A stretch of 64,000 nt of DNA from an uncultured virus (IMG/VR IMGVR_UViG_3300009503_000955) (IMGVR_UViG_3300009503_000955); one strand, 5' to 3'. Shown: positions 1 to 9,946, counted from the stretch's first letter. The notes: a model not told the origin generated them from the letters alone. Made by a program: numbers and translations.

Positions 1-2
1 AA

Positions 3-452
3 AAGTTAACCCCTGAACAAGTAGACAAAGCTATAGAAATAGGAAAAGATTTAGATTATTTATATGAATGTCAAAAGTTAACGCCAGAACAAATAGATAA
101 GGCTATAAAAAAAGATAAAAATTTAGATTATTTGTATGAGTATCAAAAGTTAACCCCTGAACAAGTAGACAAAGCTATAGAAAAAGGTAAAAGTTTAAGT
201 GATTTGTATAGGTTTCAAAAATTAGTGCCAGAACAAATAGATAAGGCAATAGAAGAAGGAGAATATTTAGATGATTTGTATAAGTTTCAAAAATTAGTGC
301 CAGAACAAATAGATAAGGCTATAGAAAAAGGTAAAAATTTAGATTATTTGTATGGGTATCAAAAGTTAACGCCAGAACAAATAGATAAAGCAATAGAAAA
401 AGGAGAATATTTAAGTTTTTTATATGGATATCAAAAGTTAACGCCAGAACAA
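3..452 (+). repeat. 72-bp (24-aa) in-frame tandem repeat KL(T/V)PEQ(I/V)DKAIExGxxLxxLYxxQ, at least 6 copies, continuing off the window edge
   Basis: Units start at 3, 75, 147, 219, 291 and 363, with a partial unit at 435. Confidence 0.95.
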
Positions 453-2810
453 AGAGAAAGAATAAAAAGTAAAATGAAAAAAAGTTCCATTAGATTAAGC
501 AATAAAACAATTATTCCACCAGAGCTTGAATCATTAGCAGAAGAAGCAAGAAAGTATAAAAGTGCGGAAGAATTTGCAAAGAAAGGACGACTTCCTTATT
601 TACCTCCAGTTAGAGAAGTTGTTACTTCAAAAGGGGTGTATCAAGTATTTGATTTAGGTGATGAAATCAGAATAGATAAGAGTTATAAAGCATACCATCC
701 CCTTGGTGCTGGATATATTAGTACGACTTCTGTTGAAAAGAAATTTCCAGCAGGACAGATTAAAGAAGCAAATCAATGGTTGGATAATTATATTAAGGGA
801 GAAAAGATTATATCTGATAGAAATCCTTTTGGATATTCTTCTCTTATTGATTTTTACAACCAAGTTGTTAAAGGAATAAAAGAAGTTGAACCGGAGGAAA
901 CAAGACCAAAACAAGAAAATGAGATAAAAAGTAAAATAAAACAAAGTTTCATTAGGTTAAGCAATAGAGTTATAACAGCAGATTTAGAAAGTAAAAGAGA
1001 ACAAATTAAAAATTGGATAATTAGAAGAAATCCAAATATTACATCAGAAGAAGCTGATACTATAATTAATGAAGCAAATAGTGTTGATCCAACAGGTTCT
1101 TTAGGGGAATATACTTGGTGGATAGTAAAACAACTAATACATAAAAATCTTATATTTCCAGAAGATAAAGATAAAGTAAAAGAAAGTTTATCTATTTTTC
1201 ATAAATTAAAATTAGCTAAAACTCCAGGAATTGAATTTAATATAGATAAGTATTCTAAATATGGTGATTTAGCAGAAGTGATATATAAATATAAAAGTGG
1301 TGAAATAGATGTATCTAAAAAAGAATTAAAAAGAAAAGAGTTAGAAGAAGGTATAGAAACTGTATATCAGGATAAAACCTATACTGTTTTGAAACTTACA
1401 ACAAAAGAAGCTGCTTTAAAGTATTCTCAAGGTACTGAATGGTGTACTAGATTTCCAAACTATGCTTCAAGTTATATAGCTAGTGGTCCTTTGTATTTAA
1501 TTTTAAAAAATGGAAAAAGAAGTTGGTTAGTATCTAAAGAAGAAGCACAAATAAAAGATGTTTTTGATAAAGATATTGATATGAAAGATTATAATGAGTT
1601 AAGAAATATTTTACTTAATTTAGGTATAAATATTAAAAAATATGAAGATCTATATAAAATATTAGTAAAAGGAGAAGTACCTGAAAAAATTTTATCTTAT
1701 ATTGTAGATAGTATATTTTATTATAGTTTACAACAAGTGGATTTAGAAAAATTTATTAATGATATATATGAATATTGGAATAGAGAATCTAGATATTATT
1801 CTATTTTAGATTTACCATCTATGCCTTATGTAGAAGATTTATTTGATTTAGAAGAAATGTTTTCAGGACAAGGAAGAGATATAATATATAATGCTTATTT
1901 TCCTGTAGATGATGAAACTGCAGATGAAATAGCAGAAATGTGTGGGGATGAAATAGATGAAATTATAATGGATTTAGCATATGAATATTTTGATACTATT
2001 TTAAGGCGATTAAGCGAAATTAAAAAAGGTTTTGAAAAATATATGGAAGAAGAATTAGAGAGGATAAAAGATGAAATTGCTGTAGAAGAAGGATATTCTT
2101 CTTTTAAAGAAGTACCTGAAAATAAACAAGATGAAATTCTTGAACAAGCAGGAATGTCTATAGATGAAGATGCGGGTTTTTATTATCAAGATCTTGATGA
2201 CGACTTTAGAAATCCAGATTTAATAGAGTTAGAAAAAATAAAAAAAGAAATAAAAAGTAAGAAAAGAGAGTATATAATGAAAAGAGTAAAAAAAATATTT
2301 AGTGAAGAATTAAAAGAAGAAGAAAAAGAAAGTAAAGTTGCTATGATTATTAAAAGTCAATTAAAACCAATAGATACTCATCAAGATAGGGATTTTACAG
2401 TTGCAATTGATTTCGATGGAGTTATAACTGATAGAGGAGTATCTATAGAAGGAGAGTTTGGTAAAATAACTGATGGAACAAGAAAAGCATTATCTAAATT
2501 AAAAGAGTTAGGTGTAAAAATTATAATTTTTACTGCAAGAGAAGATAAAGATAATGTAGAAAAGTTTTTAAATGAGAATAATATACCTTATGATGAAATA
2601 AATGAAAATGTTGATATAGATAATTTAAGTGAAAAAGTAGTTGCGGATGTATATGTAGATGATAGAGCATTTAGGTTTGAAGGAAATTGGAATAGAGTAA
2701 TAGATTTTGTTTTAGATAAAGAAAAACATAAACCATGGTGGACTAGTTTCGCAATAAATAGAAATGGGAGGTATGAAAATGTCTATTTTACGAAATATTT
2801 TTCGGTATAA
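3..2810 (+). CDS. Large multidomain phage protein, 5'-truncated: 24-aa repeat region, 'GTEWCT' (PcfJ-like/WCT) domain, acidic region, C-terminal HAD-family hydrolase
   Basis: The frame is open from base 3, so the TTG at 132 is not the true start. Motifs are AALKYSQGTEWCT..GPLYLI, HAD motif I AIDFDGVI, IIIFTAR and motif IV ADVYVDDRA. Confidence 0.8.
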   Translation, partial: KLTPEQVDKAIEIGKDLDYLYECQKLTPEQIDKAIKKDKNLDYLYEYQKLTPEQVDKAIEKGKSLSDLYRFQKLVPEQIDKAIEEGEYLDDLYKFQKLVPEQIDKAIEKGKNLDYLYGYQKLTPEQIDKAIEKGEYLSFLYGYQKLTPEQRERIKSKMKKSSIRLSNKTIIPPELESLAEEARKYKSAEEFAKKGRLPYLPPVREVVTSKGVYQVFDLGDEIRIDKSYKAYHPLGAGYISTTSVEKKFPAGQIKEANQWLDNYIKGEKIISDRNPFGYSSLIDFYNQVVKGIKEVEPEETRPKQENEIKSKIKQSFIRLSNRVITADLESKREQIKNWIIRRNPNITSEEADTIINEANSVDPTGSLGEYTWWIVKQLIHKNLIFPEDKDKVKESLSIFHKLKLAKTPGIEFNIDKYSKYGDLAEVIYKYKSGEIDVSKKELKRKELEEGIETVYQDKTYTVLKLTTKEAALKYSQGTEWCTRFPNYASSYIASGPLYLILKNGKRSWLVSKEEAQIKDVFDKDIDMKDYNELRNILLNLGINIKKYEDLYKILVKGEVPEKILSYIVDSIFYYSLQQVDLEKFINDIYEYWNRESRYYSILDLPSMPYVEDLFDLEEMFSGQGRDIIYNAYFPVDDETADEIAEMCGDEIDEIIMDLAYEYFDTILRRLSEIKKGFEKYMEEELERIKDEIAVEEGYSSFKEVPENKQDEILEQAGMSIDEDAGFYYQDLDDDFRNPDLIELEKIKKEIKSKKREYIMKRVKKIFSEELKEEEKESKVAMIIKSQLKPIDTHQDRDFTVAIDFDGVITDRGVSIEGEFGKITDGTRKALSKLKELGVKIIIFTAREDKDNVEKFLNENNIPYDEINENVDIDNLSEKVVADVYVDDRAFRFEGNWNRVIDFVLDKEKHKPWWTSFAINRNGRYENVYFTKYFSV

Positions 2811-3576
2811 AATAGTATTAGGTCAGGAAAAAGAAAAACAAGAAGAAGAATTTAAAGAAGTAGAATATGAGAAAAAAGATGAAGTAGAAAAAGTAAAAGG
2901 TATTCTTGAAGCAAAATATAAGTTTCTTCTTGAACCAGGTGCAGAAAAAAGAGAAGCTGATATTGAAGAAGCTTTATTTAATTCTTTTGGTCCTGAAGAA
3001 TATAGTACAGAGAGTTATACATATGATATTCAGAAAGATCCTGCATCAGGAAGATATTATTTGATTGTAGAAATAACTGTTTCTGCAAAAGAAGTAGTTA
3101 AAAGAATTTATAGATGGACTGACGTTTTATCTATTGAAAAGATTTTATCAGATTGGCCAAAATGGAAAAGAGAAGAACTAGAATTCTATTTACGAGATAA
3201 AAAGTTGATACCTAAATCTGAAAAAGGTATAAGATTGTCAAATAAAGTAAATGCACAATGGGGTGGTAAAAGGATAGTATTTAGTAAAGAAGTACCTTTA
3301 CTAGTTGTTGTTGATGAGGGAGATATTACTGTACGGGATGAGTATAGAGATATTATATCGGATAAATCGTTAAATGATGAACAGAAAATAGAAAAGTTAA
3401 AAGAACTTGCAGTAGATATTGCTAATGAACATTGTTCTGAGATAGAAGATAGAGTTAAAGTTTTTGGTAATATAAGATGTGAATATATTTCTATAGATGA
3501 TATTGATGAAGATACAATAGATTGGGTTAGTTTATTAGAAAACAATTTTATAAAAGAAAAAAGTAAAAAAGTGTAA
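2779..3576 (+). CDS. Hypothetical acidic protein with internal IRLSNK linker motif
   Basis: GGAGG at 2767-2771 favours ATG 2779. It shares IRLSN(K/R) with the upstream ORF. Confidence 0.75.
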   Translation: MSILRNIFRYKIVLGQEKEKQEEEFKEVEYEKKDEVEKVKGILEAKYKFLLEPGAEKREADIEEALFNSFGPEEYSTESYTYDIQKDPASGRYYLIVEITVSAKEVVKRIYRWTDVLSIEKILSDWPKWKREELEFYLRDKKLIPKSEKGIRLSNKVNAQWGGKRIVFSKEVPLLVVVDEGDITVRDEYRDIISDKSLNDEQKIEKLKELAVDIANEHCSEIEDRVKVFGNIRCEYISIDDIDEDTIDWVSLLENNFIKEKSKKV

Positions 3577-3623
3577 TAAAAATGTAAAGTTGTATAATAA
3601 TCTATATATGGAGGATTAAGAAA

Positions 3624-3926
3624 ATGGGATATGATTACATAGCAGTTAAGGTAAATTATAATAATTATAGTTTAACTGCAACTACAACTTCACAGTTTTT
3701 AGAAATTCCACGTGCTTCTGAGTATATTCGTATTAAAAACTTTGGTGATTCTGATTTGAAAGTAGTTATAAGAACAAGTGGAGATAGAGATGCAAATTTT
3801 TCTTCTTCTAATAAAGTAATAACAGTAGTAGCATTACAAGAGTTTTCAGATAAACTTCAAGTAGAAGGAATTTATTATAAAACAGATTCTGGAACAGCTA
3901 ATTTTGAGGTTTATGTTTCTTATTAA
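3624..3926 (+). CDS. Small beta-rich protein, probably virion-associated
   Basis: GGAGG SD, alternating beta-strand pattern, and position heading the structural block. Confidence 0.6.
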   Translation: MGYDYIAVKVNYNNYSLTATTTSQFLEIPRASEYIRIKNFGDSDLKVVIRTSGDRDANFSSSNKVITVVALQEFSDKLQVEGIYYKTDSGTANFEVYVSY

Positions 3927-3940
3927 AAAGGAGAATAAAA

Positions 3941-5284
3941 ATGAGAAAATTAAAAAATATTTTTATATCTTTAGTATTAATTTCTTTCCCTATGATTTCC
4001 TTTTCACAAGTAGTAAAGTATGAAAAGAATATTGATGGTAGTTATAAAGGAATATATACAAAAGTTGGTGGGGGTTCTTTAGATGAAAAACTTGCTACTG
4101 AAACTACTTTACAAGGGATTAAATCTCAAACGGATAAGTTATTATTCAATGGAAGTAACCATCTTTATGTAACTGCAAATGATTTAGATATCAGAAATTT
4201 AGTTCCTTCTCAAGATGGAGTGGGGTTATATGGCTGGGATGGAAGTAATTGGCAGAAATTGAAAATTCTCTCTTCAAGTTATCCATATCTTATAAATACT
4301 TTGGCTTATGGGACAAATTATGCTTATGTTATCAATCCTGCAACTGATAATTTTTCAACTTTATATAACGGTGTATTAACTTTAAATTTTCTTTATGGAT
4401 TTAACGGGGCAGGTTGGGACAGATTAAGAAGTGATACAACCTATGGATTAGATGTTGATGTAACAAGATTACCGAATGATATTGATATTAGAAATCTTAA
4501 TGCTTTAGATGATTCCATTAGAGTTGAAACTTGCAAACTTTTTGGATATTCTCCTTTTGAAGATAAATGGTTGCCTTTAGGTGTTTATAAAGAAGTTTAT
4601 GGTGGGAAAGATGTTTGGAAATTAATGACTAATTCAAAATTAGTTTTATGGGATGATGTTATGAATGATTATTGGAATTTAAACACAGATGCCAAAAATG
4701 CTAATGTTAACGGTTATATTTCTCCAGCACCTTTATATATTTTTGATGGTTCTGTATTCAACAGAGCAAGAGGAGATATAACTTACGGTCTTGATGTGGA
4801 TGTAACAAGAAGTGCTTTACCAATAGGTGCTTCAACAGAAGCAAAACAAGATATAGGAAATGCAAATTTGTCAAGTATTGATAATAAATTAAATTCTTTA
4901 GGACAGAAAACAATGGCTGGTTCTGTTCCAGTTGTAATTGCTTCAGACCAAAGTCAAGTTCCAGTAACGGGAAGTATGACTTTTACAGAAGATACTTTAT
5001 CTGAAACAATTGTAGATTTAAATCTTGCTGATAGTTCAACTGAATATTCTTATACACTACCAAGTAGTTGTAAAGAATATGAATTTCAATGTGAACAAAA
5101 TGTAGATGTTAGATATTCATCTGCTGCTGGTGGAACGAATACAAATTATAGAACCTTAAAAGCAGGAACAACTTGGGCAAGTTGGGGTAGAGTTGGAACA
5201 AATTATGCAAATAAAACTCTTTACTTTAAGTGTCCAAGCCAAAATAATGTAGTTATTCAAATAACTATTTGGAATAAACCATAA
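3941..5284 (+). CDS. Virion fibre/decoration-like protein with N-terminal signal peptide
   Basis: N-terminus MRKLKNIFISLVLISFPMISFS|Q, duplicated (W/F)xRxRxDxTYGLDVDVTR motif, and LGQKTMAGSVPVVIASDQS segment of a kind seen in phage structural proteins. Confidence 0.6.
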   Translation: MRKLKNIFISLVLISFPMISFSQVVKYEKNIDGSYKGIYTKVGGGSLDEKLATETTLQGIKSQTDKLLFNGSNHLYVTANDLDIRNLVPSQDGVGLYGWDGSNWQKLKILSSSYPYLINTLAYGTNYAYVINPATDNFSTLYNGVLTLNFLYGFNGAGWDRLRSDTTYGLDVDVTRLPNDIDIRNLNALDDSIRVETCKLFGYSPFEDKWLPLGVYKEVYGGKDVWKLMTNSKLVLWDDVMNDYWNLNTDAKNANVNGYISPAPLYIFDGSVFNRARGDITYGLDVDVTRSALPIGASTEAKQDIGNANLSSIDNKLNSLGQKTMAGSVPVVIASDQSQVPVTGSMTFTEDTLSETIVDLNLADSSTEYSYTLPSSCKEYEFQCEQNVDVRYSSAAGGTNTNYRTLKAGTTWASWGRVGTNYANKTLYFKCPSQNNVVIQITIWNKP

Positions 5285-5294
5285 AGGAGGAAAT

Positions 5295-6383
5295 ATGAAA
5301 AGATTTTTTATTTTATTAGTTGGAATATTAGTTGGTGTAATAAGTGTATCTTTTAGTCAAAATCCGAAAGCCTCTTGGGAACAATCTTCAGATACAAACC
5401 TTTTAGATGAATATAATGAATTCGTATCTGAAGAATTTTTAGTTGATACTGGTTTAACACTTAATTCAGTTAGATTATATTTAGATTGGGAAGTTAAACC
5501 GCCTAAAGAACCTACTATCCATTTAATGAAACGAAGTTCTACTAATACTATGTATGAACCAAAATTGCGAGGTTACTGGAAGTTTGAAGATACTACTTGG
5601 AAAGATGAAAGTAGATATGGAAATAATTTGATAGCAGTTGGTAACCCAACAGTTACTGTTGGAAGATTTGGAAATGCTGTTGATTTTTCATCAGGAACAA
5701 ATCAATTTCTCTATATTTCTGATGATTTACAGAAATATTTGGATTGTGATAAAGGACAAGGATTAACAGTTAGTTGTTGGGTGAAATTTCCAAGTTATAT
5801 GAATGAAGGTAGTTCATATTTGCCTTTAATTTACAAAACAACTGGCAGTTTAGAAGGATATGCATTATATGTTAATCATCTCAAAGATTATCCTGATTAC
5901 CAACCAAAATGGCAAGGAATAACATTTACAACTGGAACACAGAGTGCAGGAGATTACAATCAGATTTTTAATTTAAATACTTGGTATCATTTGGTTGGTC
6001 GTTGTGTAGCAGCTAAAGGAGAAGTTTCTGTATTTTTAAACGGTCTTGAAAATTTAACTAATAAAGTAACAAATCATCCTTTTGATTTACTTGTAGATAA
6101 TAAAATTCCTTTTGCAATTGGTGGCTATTATTATGCAGGACAGTGGTGGGCAAATTTTCCAAAAATAATAGACGAAGTTGCAATTTGGAATAGACCTTTA
6201 ACAAATGAAGAAATAATGACTGTTTATACTTCAGGAGTAGATGCTGTAGCAAAAAGGAAATCTTCTGTTGCAGTTTTAAAACAAGGAAATAATATAATTT
6301 CAGAAACTGGCGGATATTTCACTATAGAAATAGCTGGTTCTGAAGGTGGTATATTGAAAGGTGTATCTTTAATTTTTAGATAA
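5295..6383 (+). CDS. LamG/concanavalin A-like lectin domain protein with signal peptide
   Basis: GYWKFE..D.S..GN, TVSCWVK, WYHLVG and IDEVAIWNRPLT are LamG motifs. N-terminus MKRFFILLVGILVGVISVSFS|Q. Confidence 0.85.
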   Translation: MKRFFILLVGILVGVISVSFSQNPKASWEQSSDTNLLDEYNEFVSEEFLVDTGLTLNSVRLYLDWEVKPPKEPTIHLMKRSSTNTMYEPKLRGYWKFEDTTWKDESRYGNNLIAVGNPTVTVGRFGNAVDFSSGTNQFLYISDDLQKYLDCDKGQGLTVSCWVKFPSYMNEGSSYLPLIYKTTGSLEGYALYVNHLKDYPDYQPKWQGITFTTGTQSAGDYNQIFNLNTWYHLVGRCVAAKGEVSVFLNGLENLTNKVTNHPFDLLVDNKIPFAIGGYYYAGQWWANFPKIIDEVAIWNRPLTNEEIMTVYTSGVDAVAKRKSSVAVLKQGNNIISETGGYFTIEIAGSEGGILKGVSLIFR

Positions 6384-6400
6384 ATAAAAAGGAGGAATAA

Positions 6401-6631
6401 ATGTCTATTTTAGCAAGAGTTTTGAGTAAAAGTGAATTAGAGGATGGAAATTTAAAAATTGTTGTTGGATATTTTAATGATGATATGAAAGTTCAAGAGG
6501 AAGAGTATGTAATTGAGAATTCAGCAGTTGCTCAAGGAAAAATTAAAGAAACAATAAAAGTAAGAATTAAAGAAATACAAGAATCATTAGAAAAGGCAAC
6601 TGAAATTCAAGAAGGAGATGTTATAAGTTAA
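6401..6631 (+). CDS. Hypothetical protein
   Basis: AGGAGG SD and tight operon packing. Confidence 0.7.
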   Translation: MSILARVLSKSELEDGNLKIVVGYFNDDMKVQEEEYVIENSAVAQGKIKETIKVRIKEIQESLEKATEIQEGDVIS

Positions 6632-6645
6632 AGGGAGTTAATAAA

Positions 6646-7719
6646 ATGAAAAAATTTTTACTTATATCTTTATTTTTAGTTTCATTTGTTAAATTATGTT
6701 TTGCTCCTACTTCTGGAGGAGGTGGAGGTGAGGGATTTGATTATAAAATAACATATTCTAAAAATTCAGTTTCAGATTTAACTGGAACTGATACTTCTAT
6801 TTTAACAGATTTAATTCTTATTGATACCCATATTATTCAAAATGGTATTACTCATTGTTATCCTATGTTACAAGTTCAAGATACTACTCAAAATCCAACC
6901 ATTACTTTATATTCTTATCAACCAGGGGATTTAGATGAATACACAAAAGCGTTATTGCATATGAATGGTATAAATGGAGGCACAACTTTTATAGATGAGA
7001 TGGGACATACTGTAACTGCTTATGGAAATATACAAATTTCTACAACACAAAGTAAATTCGGAGGGGCTTCTGGATATTTTGATGGAAACGGAGATTATAT
7101 AAGCCTTCCAAACAGTGATGACTGGAATGTTGGAAACGGGGATTTTACCATAGAAGCTTGGGCTTATTTTTTAGATACAAATTATCATTCAATCTGGGCA
7201 AGTAATTCTGATTATGTGTTGGGTTTCTTCTATCAAGGTGGTCGTATGCATTATTTTGCAAGTTCTAATGGAACATCTTGGAATTTAATTATTGGAGATG
7301 GAACTACTAACCCCGGCTCTGGTAGTATTGATATTTCACTTAATACTTGGCATCATTTAGCATTTGTTAGACATGGTGATGATTGGTATGGTTTTGTAGA
7401 TGGCCAACAAGATATGCATACAGTTGTTTCAGGGTCAGTCGTAGTAAAAAATGAACCTAAAAATATTGGTAGATGGGGGAATGGTGGTTATTGGATGTAT
7501 GGTTATATAGACGAATTTAGATTTTCAAAAGGAATAGCAAGATGGACTTCTAATTTTACACCACCAACACAAGAATATAGTGAACTTTTAACATCTATGA
7601 CTACATTAATAAATGGACAAGATAATTCTTTTACTGCAAATACAATTGGAAAGTATAAAATAAAGATTGAAGGTGATAGTAATTTAGATTATCGTGGTGG
7701 AGTAGTTTATTTTAAATAG
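6646..7719 (+). CDS. LamG/concanavalin A-like tail fibre-type domain protein with signal peptide
   Basis: LLHMNG, SKFGGASGYFDG, DFTIEAW, WHHLAFVR and GYIDEFRFSKGIARWTSNFTPP form a typical phage LamG module. N-terminus MKKFLLISLFLVSFVKLCFA. Confidence 0.9.
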   Translation: MKKFLLISLFLVSFVKLCFAPTSGGGGGEGFDYKITYSKNSVSDLTGTDTSILTDLILIDTHIIQNGITHCYPMLQVQDTTQNPTITLYSYQPGDLDEYTKALLHMNGINGGTTFIDEMGHTVTAYGNIQISTTQSKFGGASGYFDGNGDYISLPNSDDWNVGNGDFTIEAWAYFLDTNYHSIWASNSDYVLGFFYQGGRMHYFASSNGTSWNLIIGDGTTNPGSGSIDISLNTWHHLAFVRHGDDWYGFVDGQQDMHTVVSGSVVVKNEPKNIGRWGNGGYWMYGYIDEFRFSKGIARWTSNFTPPTQEYSELLTSMTTLINGQDNSFTANTIGKYKIKIEGDSNLDYRGGVVYFK

Positions 7720-7726
7720 GAGGAAT

Positions 7727-8059
7727 ATGAAAAAACTTTTAATTCTATTTATTATTTTTACAATTTCAACTTTATTATTTGCAGTTGAATTTCAAGAGAA
7801 GGGTAATGTAATAATAAGAAAAAATGATAATGGTAGTATTTCTACCATTCCTAAAGATAATAATAATCCAGATTATATTGGATATCTATATTATAGAAAG
7901 ACAGGTATTTTGTTAAAAACAGAAGATAATACCAAGGCTGATACGGAAATAGAAGTATTAAAAACAATTATTAAAAAACTAACGGATTCAACTAATATTC
8001 AATTAACTGAAGAAGAAAGAAAAGTATTGAATGAACAAATTCAGTCAGAAACGCAATAA
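7727..8059 (+). CDS. Possible tail fibre assembly/chaperone-like protein with signal peptide
   Basis: IPKDNNNPDYIGYL resembles the IPxDxxNxDYxxYL motif of small genes that follow fibre genes. N-terminus MKKLLILFIIFTISTLLFA. Confidence 0.5.
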   Translation: MKKLLILFIIFTISTLLFAVEFQEKGNVIIRKNDNGSISTIPKDNNNPDYIGYLYYRKTGILLKTEDNTKADTEIEVLKTIIKKLTDSTNIQLTEEERKVLNEQIQSETQ

Positions 8060-8171
8060 GGAGGACATTATGTTATTAGAAGTTAGAACTGATGGGTAAA
8101 TGAATTTAGAAGAGAAAGTAATATTAAAAAATGAATTCAAATAAAAACTCAGTAAGATAAAGGAGGAATGC

Positions 8172-8393
8172 ATGGAAATACCTTATATTTTATTAGGTTC
8201 AGGAAGTGTAACACTATTGATTGGTATTGCTTCATTAGTTTATTCAACAGGTAGGTTTAGTCATAGAGTTGAAGAATTAGAAAAGAAAAGCCATGAAAGT
8301 CCTTGTAAGATAGTAGAAGAAATAAGAGTTTTATTAGCGGAAATTAAAAAAGATATTGAATGGCTTAAGAAAAACGGAGCTAGAAAAGAATGA
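8172..8393 (+). CDS. Single-TM plus coiled-coil protein, holin-like
   Basis: N-terminal hydrophobic helix followed by heptads ending EIKKDIEWLK. AGGAGG SD. Confidence 0.55.
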   Translation: MEIPYILLGSGSVTLLIGIASLVYSTGRFSHRVEELEKKSHESPCKIVEEIRVLLAEIKKDIEWLKKNGARKE

Positions 8394-8611
8394 AATTTGT
8401 TTTAATTTTAAGTTTATTGTTGTGTAGTTGTGGGCTTGTATCATATAAAACAGTTGTAACTTTTGATGAAAATACAAGAACTGCTACTATGATAAGTAAT
8501 ATACCAGCAAAAGGGAAAATTAAAGATATTGAAATAGACCAAAAAAGTCAATCTTGGTGGGAAAAAGTACTAGATAAATCTACACCTGAAACTGTAAAAA
8601 TAGAAAAATAA
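8390..8611 (+). CDS. Lipoprotein (o-spanin-like candidate)
   Basis: MKFVLILSLLLCSC|G lipobox-like sequence, with ATGA overlap to the upstream membrane gene. Confidence 0.6.
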   Translation: MKFVLILSLLLCSCGLVSYKTVVTFDENTRTATMISNIPAKGKIKDIEIDQKSQSWWEKVLDKSTPETVKIEK

Positions 8612-8639
8612 GTAAATATGAAAGGAGGTGAAATATAAG

Positions 8640-9098
8640 TTGAATTTTATAGTTAAGTGGTTGATAATAAGAAAGTTAAAAGAATTAATTAAAAAAATAG
8701 AAAAACAAGGAGGTATTATGAAACCTGGATGGTTAACAAGTGAATTTGTAATTGGTTTAATAGGTACAGTAGTAATCTCTTCTTGTAAAGCGTTAGGATT
8801 ACCTGAAGAAGCTTCAAAACAATTACTTTCTTTAGTACTTGCTTTTATAGGAAGTAGAACTGTAATTAAAATATTTGCAACTAAGATAATAAGAGAAGGA
8901 TTTAGGACAACAGAGTTTTATGCTACTTTAATTACAGGAATTATTACTTATGTAGGTCAATTTCTAAAACTTGACCCTCAAATAATTGATTTAATAACTA
9001 AACTTGCATTGGTAATTATAGGAAGCAGAACTGTAGTTAAAGTAAGTAATGCAATAAAAACAGGTACTGATGTTGGATTAAAAAGTAAAAATAAGTAA
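8640..9098 (+). CDS. Holin-like multi-TM protein built from two internal repeats, with alternative start at 8718
   Basis: Repeats begin KPGWLTSEF and REGFRTTEF, each with two TM helices ending IGSRTV(I/V)K. There are SDs before both TTG 8640 and ATG 8718. Confidence 0.65.
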   Translation: MNFIVKWLIIRKLKELIKKIEKQGGIMKPGWLTSEFVIGLIGTVVISSCKALGLPEEASKQLLSLVLAFIGSRTVIKIFATKIIREGFRTTEFYATLITGIITYVGQFLKLDPQIIDLITKLALVIIGSRTVVKVSNAIKTGTDVGLKSKNK

Positions 9099-9112
9099 AA
9101 AGGAAGATAAAG

Positions 9113-9598
9113 ATGGCAGATTATTATGCAGGAACTTGGGAAGATGTAAAAAGGCTTATTGGACAAAGTTTGTCTGTAGGGACAGGTAAAGCAGATATTT
9201 TAACTCCTGCGATTATTGAAAAGTTTATGAGTGATGTAGATGATGAAATAAACTCAGTATTAAGTCAGGTGTATTTTGTTCCTTTAAGAAAGGTAAAAGT
9301 AGGTGGTAATTATATTTATCCTGAGCCGATTCCATATATTGCACGAGTTTTAACTGCAAATAGTATTATTGCTACTTATTATAAAGATATATCGCCAAAT
9401 GAAAATATAGCTGTAAGACAAATGTATGAAAGAGCCTATTTCTTACTAAATAGGTTAGTAAATGCTGACCCAGGTCAGAGTAATAGTAATGTTTTAAAAG
9501 GACAAAGGTTAAAAAATAGAACAAGATTTGTTAGTCCATCAATTGCTCCTTCAAAACCTGCTACGCCAACAAGTGGGCCAGCAGGAGGAGTTGGGTAA
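9113..9598 (+). CDS. Head-tail adaptor/connector (Mu gp36-like)
   Basis: YAGTWEDVK..IEKFMSDVDDEINSVLSQVYFVPL..YERA pattern, located upstream of the tail genes. Confidence 0.7.
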   Translation: MADYYAGTWEDVKRLIGQSLSVGTGKADILTPAIIEKFMSDVDDEINSVLSQVYFVPLRKVKVGGNYIYPEPIPYIARVLTANSIIATYYKDISPNENIAVRQMYERAYFLLNRLVNADPGQSNSNVLKGQRLKNRTRFVSPSIAPSKPATPTSGPAGGVG

Positions 9599-9703
9599 TT
9601 AAAGGTATGATTACAGTGTATATAATGAATATATAAATGAGATTTTTGCGATATAGTATGAAACTATTATTTTACAAAAAATAATGGTTATATTTCAATT
9701 ATA

Positions 9704-9946
9704 ATGAGTAAAAGTAAAGAACCAATATCTGTTAATATAAGTAGATTAAGAAAAAAAGTAGAACAGTTAATTAATTTTAATCAGTTTAAAAAAACAGGTA
9801 CTAATGTTTTTGAACAAGATTATTATGTATTCTTAACTGATGAAAATGATATAGATAGTTTTTTACATTTATTAAATGATTTAATAATGGATAGTTATGC
9901 AGTAAGAGAATTTATTAAATTAAAAAAAGAAGAATCTAAAAAATGA
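9704..9946 (+). CDS. Hypothetical protein
   Basis: ATGA overlap with the next gene. SD is weak. Confidence 0.5.
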   Translation: MSKSKEPISVNISRLRKKVEQLINFNQFKKTGTNVFEQDYYVFLTDENDIDSFLHLLNDLIMDSYAVREFIKLKKEESKK

